Source: Isurus oxyrinchus (taxonomy: Eukaryota). From it: a stretch of 64,000 bases of DNA. A program made the position numbers and the translations under genes. The DNA lies in contig JANJGN010000026.1 in NCBI GenBank assembly GCA_026770705.1, forward strand, positions 36,580,001 to 36,644,000. Direction: 5' to 3'. Positions within the stretch are counted from its first letter, which is position 1. Every line of letters begins with the position of its first letter. Below the pieces are notes generated by a model. That model was given only the letters and a program-made list of their open reading frames with translations, ran no database searches and was not told where the DNA came from. Shown here in pieces: positions 1-12,194 of the stretch.

Positions 1-418
1 TCTGCATGTGTGCTTGTGTGTTTGATTATGTTAGTGTCCAGCAGAGGGTAAATTGCCAAAGATGTGCCTAAGGGTGATTATGACGGTGTCCAGCAGAGTG
101 TAGATTGCTAAAATTGTGCATCCCTTTGTGCGTGTGTGTGTATGTGTGTGTGTGCGTGTGTGTGTGTGTATGTGTATGTGTGATTATGGCAGTCGCAGCA
201 GAGAGTAGATTGCTAAAGGTGTGTGAGGGTGTGTGTGTGTATGATCATGACAGTGCACAGCAGAGGGAAGGGACTGAAGGGGTGTATGTGTCTGCATGTG
301 AGTGTGTGTGTGAGAGAGTGCGTGTGATTGAGTGCGTGTGTGTGTGTTTGCGTGTGTGTGCGTGTGTATGTGATTGTGACAGTGTCCAGCAGAGTGTAGG
401 TTGCTAAGGGTGTGTGTG

Positions 419-491
<73 letters not shown>

Positions 492-512
492 GCGTGTGTG
501 TGTGACTGTGTG
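1..512. repeat. (TG)n/(CA)n microsatellite-rich simple repeat
   Basis: Long TG runs; the ORFs here are Cys/Val or His/Thr artefacts. Confidence 0.95.
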
Positions 513-929
513 ATTCCGAAAGTGTCCAGCACAGCAGCAAATGGCGATGTCGAATTGAAGGGCCGCATATTAAGGGAACCATTTCGTTTTCATTGTGTAA
601 AACAGCAGACGCCATGACTGGGACATGTGGAAGCATTTACCCCGTCACCGAGCTACAATACTCAGTGAACATCTTAGAGCTTCCAAGCGCTATTGGACAT
701 GGCAAAAGAGATTTGGCAGAGGTTGGCGAGTAACCACAGTGCAGTGATACCCAGGACAATTGACAATCTCTTCATTCTGAAAGGTGTTCAGAACCTGATT
801 ATTCGCCATTTTTTCCTGAAAGACAAAAGTAGAATATTTCAAAAGTCAGGGAGTAACCCTGGAAAACACGCTGGCTCTTCGAAACTGGGTTCACTGCGCA
901 ATTTGAGTTCTCTAAATAATCTGTAAATA

Positions 930-1160
930 AAAACCTAATGATGACCATGGAACCATTGCCGATTGCCATTAATAAGCCCATTTGGTTCACTAATGTCCCT
1001 AGGGGACGTAAATCCGCTGCCCTTACCTGGACTGGCCTACATCCGACTCGTGGGCCACATCAATGTGGTTGACTCTTAAATGCCCTTGAACCAGGGCAAT
1101 TGGAGCTAGGCACTAAATGCTGGCCTAATCAGCGATGCCAACATCCCAGGAACGAATAAA
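930..1160 (+). mobile_element. shark SINE (HE1/SacSINE-like) fragment
   Basis: Core 'ggttcactaatgtccc..agg..aaatc.gc..cccttacctgg' and tail 'aaatgctggcc..agcgatgcc..catccc..gaataaaa', both recurring elsewhere in the window. Confidence 0.7.
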
Positions 1161-1936
1161 AGCAAATGTTTAGAAGGTCTATTTTCTTCCAGACTCTAAA
1201 TACGAAGGATTTCCATGTGCAGTGTCCAATAAACAGTAGGCGTTAGAATCGATAAAATATAATCCCCACAGGATAGAGAGAAGTTAAACACAGCAGGGGT
1301 TCCGTTCAAATCGCACACGAAAAGCTGAGAACCACAAATGCTGCGAATCTGAAATAAAAGAGCAGAAAATTCTGGAAAAGTAAAGGTTAGCCGGATAGGC
1401 TGCCTCCCAGTGGAGAGAGGATCAGAGCTAACGTTTCTGATTGGTGAAATTTTATCCGAACTACAAGATCTGGAAGTGCAGTAACTTTAGTTCAATATTT
1501 GGGTGTGACAAGGGATGTTTCATTGTACGGGATCCGGTTAATCTTTGTAGCAGTGCGTGGCTCATAGCGCGAGGACACACCGGCGGGCCGGAGGGTAGTT
1601 CCCAGCGATATTTAAAGCAATCCTTCTGATTTCCTTTGCAAAACAACAGATACTTGTCCGGAGTCACAAGAACCAGGCAAGTGTTTGATCCGCAACACTA
1701 ACTATAAATTAGGAACCATCCTGTCTGTGAGCAGAGTGCTTGCAGTCCAGCTCGGGGCGTTTCCATTCACTAGCAGTCAGCTCCACACCCAGCACCACTG
1801 GCGGCACAAAGGAGTGAGGCGGGACTATCCTGAGTCACGAGAGCAGATTATTGAGGATGGGCTTTAGAACAGGTTTTCTCAAATATCCGACTGCCCTTTT
1901 ACAGAGCGACAATGCAGGGGTTAGAACGGGTGTCCT

Positions 1937-2201
1937 CACCTGAGGCACGTCATCAGGTTATTGAGGGCGGGGTTTAGAATTGGTGTTTTCACCTGAGGCA
2001 CGTCATCAGATCATTGAGGGCGGGTTTCAGAATGGGTTCCTGCACGTGAGACACATCATCAGATTATTGAGGGTGGGGTTTTGAATGGGTATTTTCACGT
2101 GCGATTCGTCATTAGATTGTTGAAGGCAGGGTTTAGATTGCGTGTTTTCACCTGAGATACGTCATCAGATTATTGAGGGCGGGGTTCAGAATGGGTGCCT
2201 T
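1937..2201 (+). promoter_or_regulatory. 5 x 53-bp tandem promoter module (E-box, CRE-like ACGTCA, GC box) upstream of the TCR V leader
   Basis: Units start at 1937, 1990, 2043, 2096 and 2149 (exact period 53); consensus cacctgaggcacgtcatcagattattgagggcggggtttagaatgggtgtttt; ends 40 bp before ATG 2241. Confidence 0.8.
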
Positions 2202-2240
2202 CAAATAGCCGACTGCCCTTTTATAGACCGGACAGCGACA

Positions 2241-2692
2241 ATGCACCTACTCGGCACTTTGGTTCTTTGGGGATTATTGATCACAGGCAATTGTGGACTT
2301 AACATCAAGTCAACTTTGCTCCCGTTTCCTCGTCATGGTTCAAGTCATGTTTTAATCAGCCACCGTTCATATATTGCCTGATTTTGTTTTGTTTTCAGAT
2401 CTCTGCGATGGAGATTCAGTCACTCAGCCGCTGCCCCCGCGTGTTAAGGCAGAAGGAGAACCGGTGACACTGACCTGTAGCTACGATCATACAGCAAGCA
2501 GGTATAGTCTATTCTGGTACCAACAACACCCAGACACACATCCCTAGTATACGCTCAGAAAGGATAGTGATGGTGATGAATTTAAAGCAGATTTTGCTGA
2601 AACTCGCTTCTTTTCTGACCTTCAAATCTCCAACAAAATCATCTACTTATCCATCAGCGGGTCTGCAGTGTATTACTGCGCTTTCTGGCACT
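2241..2692 (+). pseudogene. TCR alpha/delta-type V pseudogene (leader 2241-2286, V exon 2399-2692)
   Basis: Leader MHLLGTLVLWGLLIT with GC donor; V exon DSVTQ..VTLTC..LFWYQQ..HP*..KADFA..RF..SAVYYCAFW; in-frame TAG at 2545-2547; FR3 about 5 codons short before SAVYYC. Confidence 0.9.
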
Positions 2693-2731
2693 CATAGTGA
2701 CAGAATGCAGCCTCACCCCTGTACAAGAACT
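2693..2731 (+). other. 23-RSS (degenerate heptamer)
   Basis: CATAGTG + 23 nt + ACAAGAACT. Confidence 0.85.
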
Positions 2732-3714
2732 GCAGAGGGGGATTCAATGACTGTTGCGCATTGTGGTGAATCTCGGGCACATTTAGCCGCTCAACACACA
2801 CACCAGGAGGAAACCAAATGAACCTCTGATCGAACTGTCACACAGCAGTTTTCTAAGAGACGTTAAGAGAATAAATCTGCATCTTCGCATCGGGCAGAGA
2901 GACACAGAAGGGAATCCTATTGGGAGAGAGCCATTCACATCCCCACCCTCACTAACTTGCTGCCAGGTGAGAATGGTCGATGCTGAGCTGCATGTCAGTG
3001 AACTGGAACACCTTGAGATCGGCTGCACTCAATGGCCTGTTTGGAGTAATGGTTCTGGTGTTCGAGACCTGGGTGGAAATGGGAACGCCTGGCTAATCAA
3101 CTGGAAAGCAATGTTAATGGAGGAACAAATGTCCCAGCATTAGGAAGATGCCCTGAAGCACAATGGGCACTGAGGGCGGTCTATGCTTGGGTTTGTTTCA
3201 ATGACCACAGTCACTAATTTGCAAGATCGTCAGACTGTGGAGAAACTGATTATGATCCAATAAGACACTTAGATTCACCATATCATGTGAACAGGCCTTG
3301 TTTCCCTAAAACTGTCAGGGGAGATGGAGATAGAGAAATAGCTGCTGACAGGGCAGGAAAAGATTTTTTTAAAAGACGTGGTGCATTTATGACATTCAAC
3401 TTTGGTTTATATTGCAAGTCGAAATAAACAAATATAAATCCAGAATTAATTCTCACCTGCATTCAATGGGCACAATATGCATAAAGGGAGAAGGCTGCGT
3501 GTAAGGAAAGGAATTTCCAAGATCTAACAAGTGTGAAAATCCTTCAGCATCTCACAACTCAGTGCTGCGCTGTTTACTGATATATCAGGCAGGTCTCTCT
3601 GACACTCGCTGTGGAGTTTGAATGACCCCTCCTCCTCATTGGTGTGAGGAAGCCCTCTAGTGGGCATTGACCTCGGTGTGAGGTCTTTTTACGGGCTCCT
3701 GGAAGGCACGTTCA

Positions 3715-3870
3715 CTATTTATTTGTTATTCATTCGCGGGATGTGGGTGTCACTGGCTGGGCCAGCATTTATTGCCCATTCCTTGTTGCTCTTGAGAAGG
3801 TGGTGGTGATCTGCCTTCTTGAACCGCTGCAGTCCATGTGGTGTAGGTATACCCACATTGCTGTTAGGAG
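3715..3870 (-). mobile_element. SINE/LINE-tail fragment
   Basis: 'ggatgtgggtgtcactggctgggccagcatttattgccc..' also present at 6550, 28950, 55460 and 60660. Confidence 0.7.
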
Positions 3871-4429
3871 GTAGGGCTGGGCGGAATTCAATGATTTTCA
3901 CTGGCAGTTGAATATTTGCCTCGTTTTCAGGATGACCCCCAAACCCTCCCTTTTTTTCAAGTGCCACCCATGACATGTGCACCTAATCGAGCCAACTGGG
4001 TTCCTGCTTCCGCATCTCAAATGGAAGAGGGAACCTCCAGGAGCGTCAAACCTCTTTCAGTAACGGGACTGGCAGCAGCGCCCTAAATTTTGAGCTCAAA
4101 TCGCTGCAACAAGATTTAGAAACAGGCTCTACTGCCTCAGATGCCAGGGCCTTACCACTGAGGCAAATCTAAACCGCAGGATCTATACTTTAGACCCGCT
4201 CCTGTTAATCACAGTGCATTCGAGGAGAGGCGTCGGCATAATGGTCTTGTAACTGGACTAACACCAGCGTGATGCTCTTTGTTCCCGGGTTCGACCCATG
4301 ACACCTGATCAGGAAATTGCAATTCTAATGTTATCCTCATTCAATGGAAGTCTGCCGTAAAAAAGAGAATCTAATGCTACTTTAGGGAATGAAATCTGTC
4401 GTTCTGACCTGCATGTGGTTCAGTTATAG

Positions 4430-4696
4430 GTCAGGATGCCCCTCAGATCAACCCCGACGGCTCCGTCACCTACGGCTGTTTGGCAATGGACTACTCCCCA
4501 GAAATCACCAGCCTGACCTGGAAGAAAGATGGGCAGCAGATCACCACTGGATTTAAGACATACCCGTCAGTGAGAAACCAGAAGGGAACTTTCACCCTGA
4601 GCAGCCAGTTAACCATCACCAAGTCAGAGGGAGAATGCAGCAAAATCAAGTGTGAGGTTCGATACAGCGGCTCAGACAAGAGCATTGAAATGCACT
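4430..4696 (+). CDS. IGHM: IgM heavy chain CH1 exon, 5'-truncated
   Basis: [43 protein letters not shown]; donor T|GTAAGT at 4696/4697; the normal first ~15 codons are replaced by SINE-like sequence, so the start is uncertain (4430-4447). Confidence 0.85.
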
Positions 4697-4910
4697 GTAA
4701 GTGTTGGGGAACCTGTGAGAAACAGAAAGGCTGTGATTGACCTGTATAGAGTCTTGGCTGTAACGCATTTATAATACTCTGCATTGTTCTGATCCCTGGA
4801 AATTCCAAGTTCGTGTCCATTGACCGCAAAGAGCCTGTTAAAATATAAGAACTTATTGTATCTGTTATCAATTTCTTCTGCAAGAAATGGCTAACCTTTG
4901 TTTTTTGAAG

Positions 4911-5225
4911 GTCCTCGTCCTGACTTACCTCCAACTGTTCTCCTCACCGTGAGTTCCAGGGATGAAATCACAACCAAAAAATTTGCAACCGCCGTCTGTT
5001 CAATCATCGATTTCCGTCCGAAGCCAATCACCGTGAAGTGGCTGAAAAATGGACAACCCATGAATTCAGGAATTGTCACCTCTCCCGCCTTTGAAATGAA
5101 CGGGAACTTCTCGGCGACCAGTCGGCTGCAAGTCTCCGCTGGGGAATGGTTCAGCGACGCGGTCTATACCTGTCAGGTCACTCACCAAGGGGTCACCCAA
5201 AGTCGAAACGCCACCAAGTGTGAGG
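4911..5225 (+). CDS. IGHM: IgM heavy chain CH2 exon
   Basis: AG acceptor 4909-10; [43 protein letters not shown]; donor G|GTAAG. Confidence 0.95.
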
Positions 5226-5849
5226 GTAAGAAATACAAACCGTGGAAGCAATAGATCATTCTGCACACCGGTGTTAATCAAATCAGGAATTTATTGGAGT
5301 TAGTAGAAAGCACGAAACAACATCTAATTTACTATCATATAGTTGGTGTTTCATTCCGATGTAAGGGCTGCATTCGGATTATTCACCATTCAGGATTTGA
5401 TCACATCACGTCTCTGCACTGACGTCATAGAGTGTGTGAGGTGGACTTGATATCAGCTTTACCTTGAGTCAGCTGATCATATTTGGAGAGGCAGAAGGTG
5501 TCTGGAACCCTTCACTGGTAACAGCTTCGAGACAGAGTGTTGGAAAGTGCACCCACCCTTTTTATAAAACATATTTCAGTCCTGCATTCCAGGGCCCAGG
5601 AATGATACATTTGTATTGGGACTGGGGCAACGCAGATTTATGAGAATGTTACCGGGGCTGAACGACTTAAATTATGAGAACAATTTACACAGACCAAGCT
5701 GGTTTTCCATTGTGTAAAGAAGATTAAAAACGATAGTTAGAGGTTGATATGTCCAAGGTGATTTATTCTCCTTCAGGGAGTGAAGACTGAATACTGCTGT
5801 CCTGCTTCTGAAGGTGAAACTTTGGTTGATTTTCATTTCTGTCTCACAG

Positions 5850-6161
5850 GTGATCACCAATGCCTCAACGATCCCACAATTACTCTATTGCCACCTCCAA
5901 TAGAACAAGTCTTACTGGAGGCGACCGTGACCTTAACCTGCATCGTTTCTAATGCACCTTATGGAGTCCTCGTGTCCTGGACACAAGAGAAGAAGCCTTT
6001 GAAATCAGAGATTGCCGTCCAACCGGGAGAGGATCCCGACAGCGTGGTCAGCAACGTAAACATCTCGACACAAGCCTGGCTGAGTGGGGCTGAGTTCTAC
6101 TGCGTGGTGAGCCATCAGGATCTGCCGACTCCTTTAAGAAGTTCCATCCACAAGGAACCAG
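5850..6161 (+). CDS. IGHM: IgM heavy chain CH3 exon
   Basis: [45 protein letters not shown], typical of shark Cmu3; canonical phase-1 splice sites. Confidence 0.95.
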
Positions 6162-6875
6162 GTGAGCGGTGAGATTGAAGCAATAAGTTGTTCAATGTGT
6201 CTATTTCCAGTGTAAATGTAAGGATCAATATTTACTATTCAGTGTATTCATGGTCTACTCTGATTAGCAATTTCGCCAACGAAACGCCCTGGGCCTGTGG
6301 ACTTTCAGGAGGAAATTGATAAGTAGATGAATGAACAATGAATTGAAGGCTGTGCCATTGGGTTTAGATGAAGCAAGATGGGAGGAGCCTGGTGCGAAGC
6401 TGAAACACCAACATGGACCAGTTGGGCAGAATGGCCTGTTTCTATGCTGTAAACTTTGAGAAACTTTCTCGTCCAACCCTATAAGTTCTCAAGGAAAAGG
6501 ATTGTGCCACCTCTGCTCCGAGCTGGAAAGCCGGACAGATCCCAAACTATTTTATTTATTAATTCATGGGATGTGGGCGTCGCTGGCTGGGCCAGAGTTA
6601 TTGCCCATCCCTAATTGCCCTTGACAAGGTGGTGGTGAGCTGCCTTCTTGAACTGCTGCAGTCCATGTGGTGTAGATACACCCACAGTGCTGTTAGGAAG
6701 GGAGTTCCAGAATTTTGATTCAGCTATAGTGAAGGATCGGTGATATATTTCCAAGAAGTGGATAATGAAAAACCTTAATATTCATCACAAAACACGTTAC
6801 TCTCACATCTAACCAGTGGTTTCATTGTCTATGAATGTATCCAGTTTATTAACATTTATTGTACATTTTCTGCAG

Positions 6876-7267
6876 TTAAAGACCCGCGGGAACCGTCCGT
6901 GTCTGTCCTCCTGCCCTCGGCAGAACATGTCTCCGCTCAGGGATTCGTCTCCCTCAGCTGCTTAGTGACAGGTTTCTCCCCGCGAGAGATTTTCGTCAAG
7001 TGGACCGTCAATGACAAGCCGGTGAATCCCGGGAACTACAAGAACACCGAGGTAGTGGCGGAGAACGGCAATCGCTCCTTCTTCATGTACAGCCTGTTAT
7101 CCATTGCAGCGGAGGAGTGGGCCAGCGGTGCTTCTTACTCCTGTGTGGTGGGACATGAAGCGATCCCCTTGAAGATCATCAACAGAACGGTTGATAAATC
7201 CAGCGGTAAACCGAGTTTTGTGAACATTTCCCTTGCACTGATGGACACCGTTAATTCATGTCAATGA
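6876..7267 (+). CDS. IGHM: IgM heavy chain CH4 exon plus secretory tailpiece (internal TM donor at 7205/7206)
   Basis: ..[32 protein letters not shown]|[19 protein letters not shown]; tailpiece has an N-glycosylation site and penultimate Cys. Confidence 0.97.
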
Positions 7268-7294
7268 GAATCTCTCGGTTACATTTCAAACTTC

Positions 7295-7310
7295 AATAAA
7301 AAATAATAAA
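7295..7310 (+). terminator. poly(A) signals of the secretory mu transcript
   Basis: AATAAA at 7295 and 7305, followed by GT-rich sequence. Confidence 0.75.
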
Positions 7311-7699
7311 GTCCTTTTCTCCAATCGTGATTTAAATACACAGTCGTTTAAGTAATGTTGTTTTCCAATTTTGCTAATTTTAGACGTGTTTTGTTAAAAT
7401 CGGATACTCACAGGGCTCAGACCCAAGTCTTGTACATCCAGTGCTCCCAGCTCAGATACACCCTGGGTTAGAGACAGAGTAAAGCTCATTCATTACAGGA
7501 TTCTGCAAAATAGCTTCACCAGCTCTCCTCCCGCTGAGGAGAAATCTGATTTCTCATTTCCAATAAACAAACACAGCACATTTAGATCTCGGTGTTCCTG
7601 CTTCTCTTGTCGTCCATCCCTTTAAAATGGATGTCAGCTTTAAGCTTCTGCACCACACCCACGGGGAACTGAAGTGAGGGTCACGCAGAAATATGTCCC

Positions 7700-8230
7700 A
7701 ACAATCCCCCATCAGAGAGAGGGGGAAGGCAAATTGTTACCCATTGCACCTCCACCTCCCCAACAGAGAGAGGGGGAGTGGAAATTGCTAACCCACTGTA
7801 CCCCGACTTCTCCAACAGAGAAAGGGGAGGGGAAATTGTTAACCCAATGTACCCCCACTTCCCCAGAGAGAGTGGAAGGGGACATTGTTAAACCACTGCA
7901 CCTTCACTTCCACAACAGCAGGTGGTGGTGGGGGGGAATTGTTTAACCACTGTACCCCCACTTTCCCAACAGAGAGAGGGGAAGGCAAACTGGAAAACCA
8001 CTGTACCTCCACTTACCTGAGATAGAAAACTGAAAGGAAAATTTTAAGCCAATTTTATCTCCACTTGCTAAACAAAAAGACAAGGAAGGCCATTGGTTAA
8101 CCCGGTGTGTCTCCACCTTCTCAACAGAGAGAACCGAAAGGGAAATTGCTTAGACAACCAGACAGAGCAAAACTATTAACTCACTGGACCCTCAGTCCCC
8201 TAGTAGAGAATCTGGAAGGGAATGGGTCTC
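7700..8230. repeat. ~45-50 bp degenerate minisatellite in the CH4-TM intron
   Basis: Repeated 'acccactgtacccccacttccccaacagagaga..ggaagggaaattgtta'. Confidence 0.8.
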
Positions 8231-8629
8231 TACTATAAGGACTCAGTTAACAACAGTCGAAGTCAGCTTCTAACTTACTGGCCACAGATTTTAAACTCCC
8301 ATCATGCTTGGGATGTTGTAAAAACGTCTACTTATGCAACATAACTTGAAGATGTTTTAACACTCTTGCCCTGTTAAGCTTATGCTAAGATTGATTTCCC
8401 ATCATCCAAATCTAAACTGGTGACTGAATCCTCCCTGGGTTGTTCAAGGTTCTGTCCCTGAATTTTTATGAGGCACATGGTTGATTCTTTGCATTCGTTC
8501 ATCTGATATCACCTTGCATCTCACAGAAAACATGTTTATACACAGAACTTTGAAAATATTCACCGGATTTTTCACCGTCAAGGTCAGACTCGATCATTGG
8601 TATCTGGTGAACTTTGGAAAAATAGTAAA

Positions 8630-9750
8630 AATACACACAGCTGACACAAATTGACAAACAAAAAACACGTCTACACACACACATAGGCACAGACACACAG
8701 ACACAAATGCACACAGGTACAAGCAGACACATGTACACCAACACATGCGGAACCACACAAAGACAGGCAGACACACATAGACAAATATACACACACGTGC
8801 ACACACACGCAGACACACACGCACACAATCACAAACACATGGACACAGACGCACAAACATACACAGACACACACGTACACACATAAACAAATACACACGC
8901 ACAATCACACACATTCATAAACACACACACAATCACACACATTCGGAAATACACACACTGACACACTCGCTCACACACATATACACAATCACAAACACAC
9001 ACAAACAGATAAAACCAGACAAGCAGACTCATACAAGGATACAAAGCACAAATGTAACTTTTAGCATATGCATTATCACACGTTCACAATGAAAGAAATA
9101 CAGACAGAAAGACACACACGATCGTACTCATTAAAACAATGCATGGACATACAGTAACACATGCACACACATGAGCAGACAACACCCAGATACAAAAACA
9201 CAGAGGAACCGACTAACACATTCACAGACACCCATGTGGACACAAACATGAACATACTCATACACACTAGAACACAAAAAACACACGTTGGTACATATGA
9301 AAACATAAACACGCATTGATACATAGTTCTAAATATCGATCAACACACAAATGCACACATTAAAAACCCTATTTCTCTCTCGCTGTGTCATACACACAGA
9401 CGCTGTGACACAGACATTAATATGCTGACACACAGTGGAACACAAAAAGACACATTAACACTCATATTAGCAGGCAGGAACTCGTAAACACAAATTAACT
9501 CAGATAGTAATAAGTCAACATAGACAACAATACACAAACACGCACAATAACACACTCATACATACACATCAGCAGAAAAACCAAATATACATACAGACGC
9601 AGACACAAAAATACACAAATCAGCACTCATTAGCACATGAACACACATATTAACACACATGCACACCTATGGACACACAAGCAACCAGTAATGCAAAGTG
9701 CGAGATACTCGTGCAGACACTCACAAAAGCTAAAACACAACACAGAGGCC
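8630..9750. repeat. CA-rich low-complexity tract
   Basis: Degenerate (CA)n. Confidence 0.9.
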
Positions 9751-10279
9751 AGGCTATTGAAAGTATAATTCAAATGTACTTTTCTAACGGGCATATCCTC
9801 CGGCAATTGTCTCTATTACATAATAACCCAATAAACACTCTGAAACAATGCTCCTACTGAGAAACTGATTTAAATTAATGATGCACCAAACATTCCCATC
9901 ACAAATAGACAAACAAGATGGGAACTCACATCCGAGATTATAAAAAGCAACGTCCACAGTTTCCAAATAAGTAGCTCAGTGAATCTCTCCCGATACCCAT
10001 CATAATATTCTCCAATAATAGATCATATGAAATTGTTCGAAAATAACCTGATACTGGAGAAAATTTGCCATATTTTCTGACATGGACTGTATAAAGATTG
10101 TAAAGGGAGAACAGCTGTGGAGATAGTTACAGAGATGGGTTACTGAGTGTCACTTAATAGTATATATACATTGAACATTGAATACATTAATAACTTATGA
10201 CAGAGTAAAGGAAATATTTTTAAAATGATAGCCTAGATTAATAAACAATCTAATTATATTTCCTCATATATTCCCGTAG

Positions 10280-10407
10280 ATTCCACAGACCGCATCTGGA
10301 TTGAAGACTCTGAGGATGATAACGGCAACATCTGGACAACTGCTTCCACATTCATCATCCTGTTCTTCCTGAGCATTTTCTACAGCACTGCCGTCACTCT
10401 GGCGAAG
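10280..10407 (+). CDS. IGHM: IgM transmembrane exon TM1
   Basis: [43 protein letters not shown] (CART motif); acceptor 10278-79, donor GTGAG; in phase with the CH4 internal donor. Confidence 0.95.
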
Positions 10408-10545
10408 GTGAGAAGATTCAATCCACTCACACTTCAAACTGACAGAAGCAGTTTGAAACATCTCTCAATGTTTCATTGATTAGAACTCTAACATAAGTGT
10501 CCCAGATTATAAACATCTGCTTCATTATTTCATCCTCTTTTACAG

Positions 10546-10554
10546 ATCAAGTGA
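10546..10554 (+). CDS. IGHM: IgM transmembrane exon TM2 (IK*)
   Basis: ttttacag|ATC AAG TGA gives a KIK cytoplasmic tail; AATAAA at 10970 and 11006. Confidence 0.85.
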   Translation: MK

Positions 10555-11559
10555 CCGGTTGAATTTTGGACACCATAGATTTTCCTCAGCTCTTTATTGA
10601 GATCTCTGTATTCCGAATTTAAAATATATCCTCTCGGTGACTGTAAAAATGAAATACCTTCAGTTTCTGTTTCCCAATTTGTAACTGAGACAATCATGAA
10701 CAGTATTTCCGTTTCTCTGTTTCAAACGTGCGAGATAATCGTGATTCATTGCAACAGCCGCTTATAATTTCCCACTAGTTTGAATTCCCTGTGTAAATAA
10801 GTAACTTTTCTCATTCCTCATTCACAATTAATCCCTTCCCTTTATATTGAGCTCCTGTTTTCTCTTTCTGGTGTCTGTTACAGTTGTACACGCAGTTGGC
10901 AGCTCAGAGTGAATGTGCTCTGTTCTCAATGTGACCCTCAGTCATTATATTCACTTCAGTTAACTTTAAAATAAACTTTTCTGTAAAATGTTCCCTGAAA
11001 TTGTTAATAAATCATGAATGTGAAACGAACTGACTTTGCTGAACTCCTTTCTCTCAGACCCATCGACACCGCTCCATTTTCCCTATTACACAGCTTTCCC
11101 CCCTTCTCCCAAGCAGGCATTTTTAACCAGTCTTGTCTGGGATCTGAAACAAAAACAGAAAATGTTGGAAAAACTCAGCAGGTCTCAGCATCTGTGGAGA
11201 CAGAAAACGGAGTTAACGTTTCGAGTCCTCATGACTTCTTCAGAGCCCGAGATCCTTCAGTGAAAGAGTCACCGCGCCACCCAGCGGCCCATCGGTGTTA
11301 ATACACCTTTACCTCTGCCTTTTTATGGCAAATTCCAGAGGCAAAATGATTGCACAGCGAGGAGAATCTCGGTGATTTCACTCATACTCAGGCCTGTCAC
11401 AGTCACATGTCAGGTAATTGTAAACAGCAGGGATCAGCTTAATCCGAGGTCCATATAGGACAGTATATGGAGGATGAAAGTTTCCTTTACACTGTCTCAT
11501 TAAACACTCCCAGCGTCGGTGCAGCAGGGTTTAGATAGAGAGAAAAAGTTTTGTTTTTC

Positions 11560-12015
11560 CCCTCTTTATCCTTTCATGAGATATGGGTGTCGCTGGCAAG
11601 GCTGCTCTGAACAGTCCGCCTTCCGAGGCCATTTCAGAGGGCAGTTAACTGTCAACCGCATTGCTGTGGACCTGGAATCAGATGTCGGCCACGCCAGAAG
11701 AAGATGACAGATTTCCTCCCCGAAAGGACTTGAGTGCAGCAGATGGGTTTTTACGACAATCGGTGATAGTTGTCATGGTCACCATCACTGAGGCCAGTTT
11801 TCAATTCCAGATTTTATTAATTGAACTCACATTCCAGCAGCTGCCATGTTGGGATTTGAAGCCCAGCCCCCAGAGCATTCACCTGGACTCTCTGTACCTT
11901 GTCCGATTAAATACTCACAAGGCAGAGTCGTCACAGGCCGCCTTCTCAAGTCTATTAGGGATGGGCAAAAAATGCTGGCCCAGACAGCCATGCCCACATC
12001 GCATAAACGAATAAC
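11560..12015. mobile_element. SINE-derived fragments
   Basis: Same SINE motifs as at 28950 and 48590. Confidence 0.6.
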
Positions 12016-12194
12016 AAAAAATACGTATATACTACAGACGGTACAGTTGATACAAACCATTGGATGATTCCTAGAGACTAGGGCTGATCGAAGAGCAATT
12101 CTGCAAATTATTTCCACAGTTTGGGGCTTATCAGGGACACCAGGGAGCACAAATCGTGGAAATTCCCAAGCACTGCGGCCTGCCTGATGCAACA

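Noticed and set aside
105-636. Cys/Val- and His/Thr-rich ORFs (also 8499-9324 and 42664-43172)
   Set aside because: They are translations of microsatellites
2732-4429. Possible JH or D between the TCR V and CH1
   Set aside because: No W/F-G-x-G motif with RSS and splice donor was found by eye
4430-10554. IgW or IgNAR identity for the constant region
   Set aside because: Four CH domains and the CH3, CH4 and tailpiece sequences are characteristic of shark IgM
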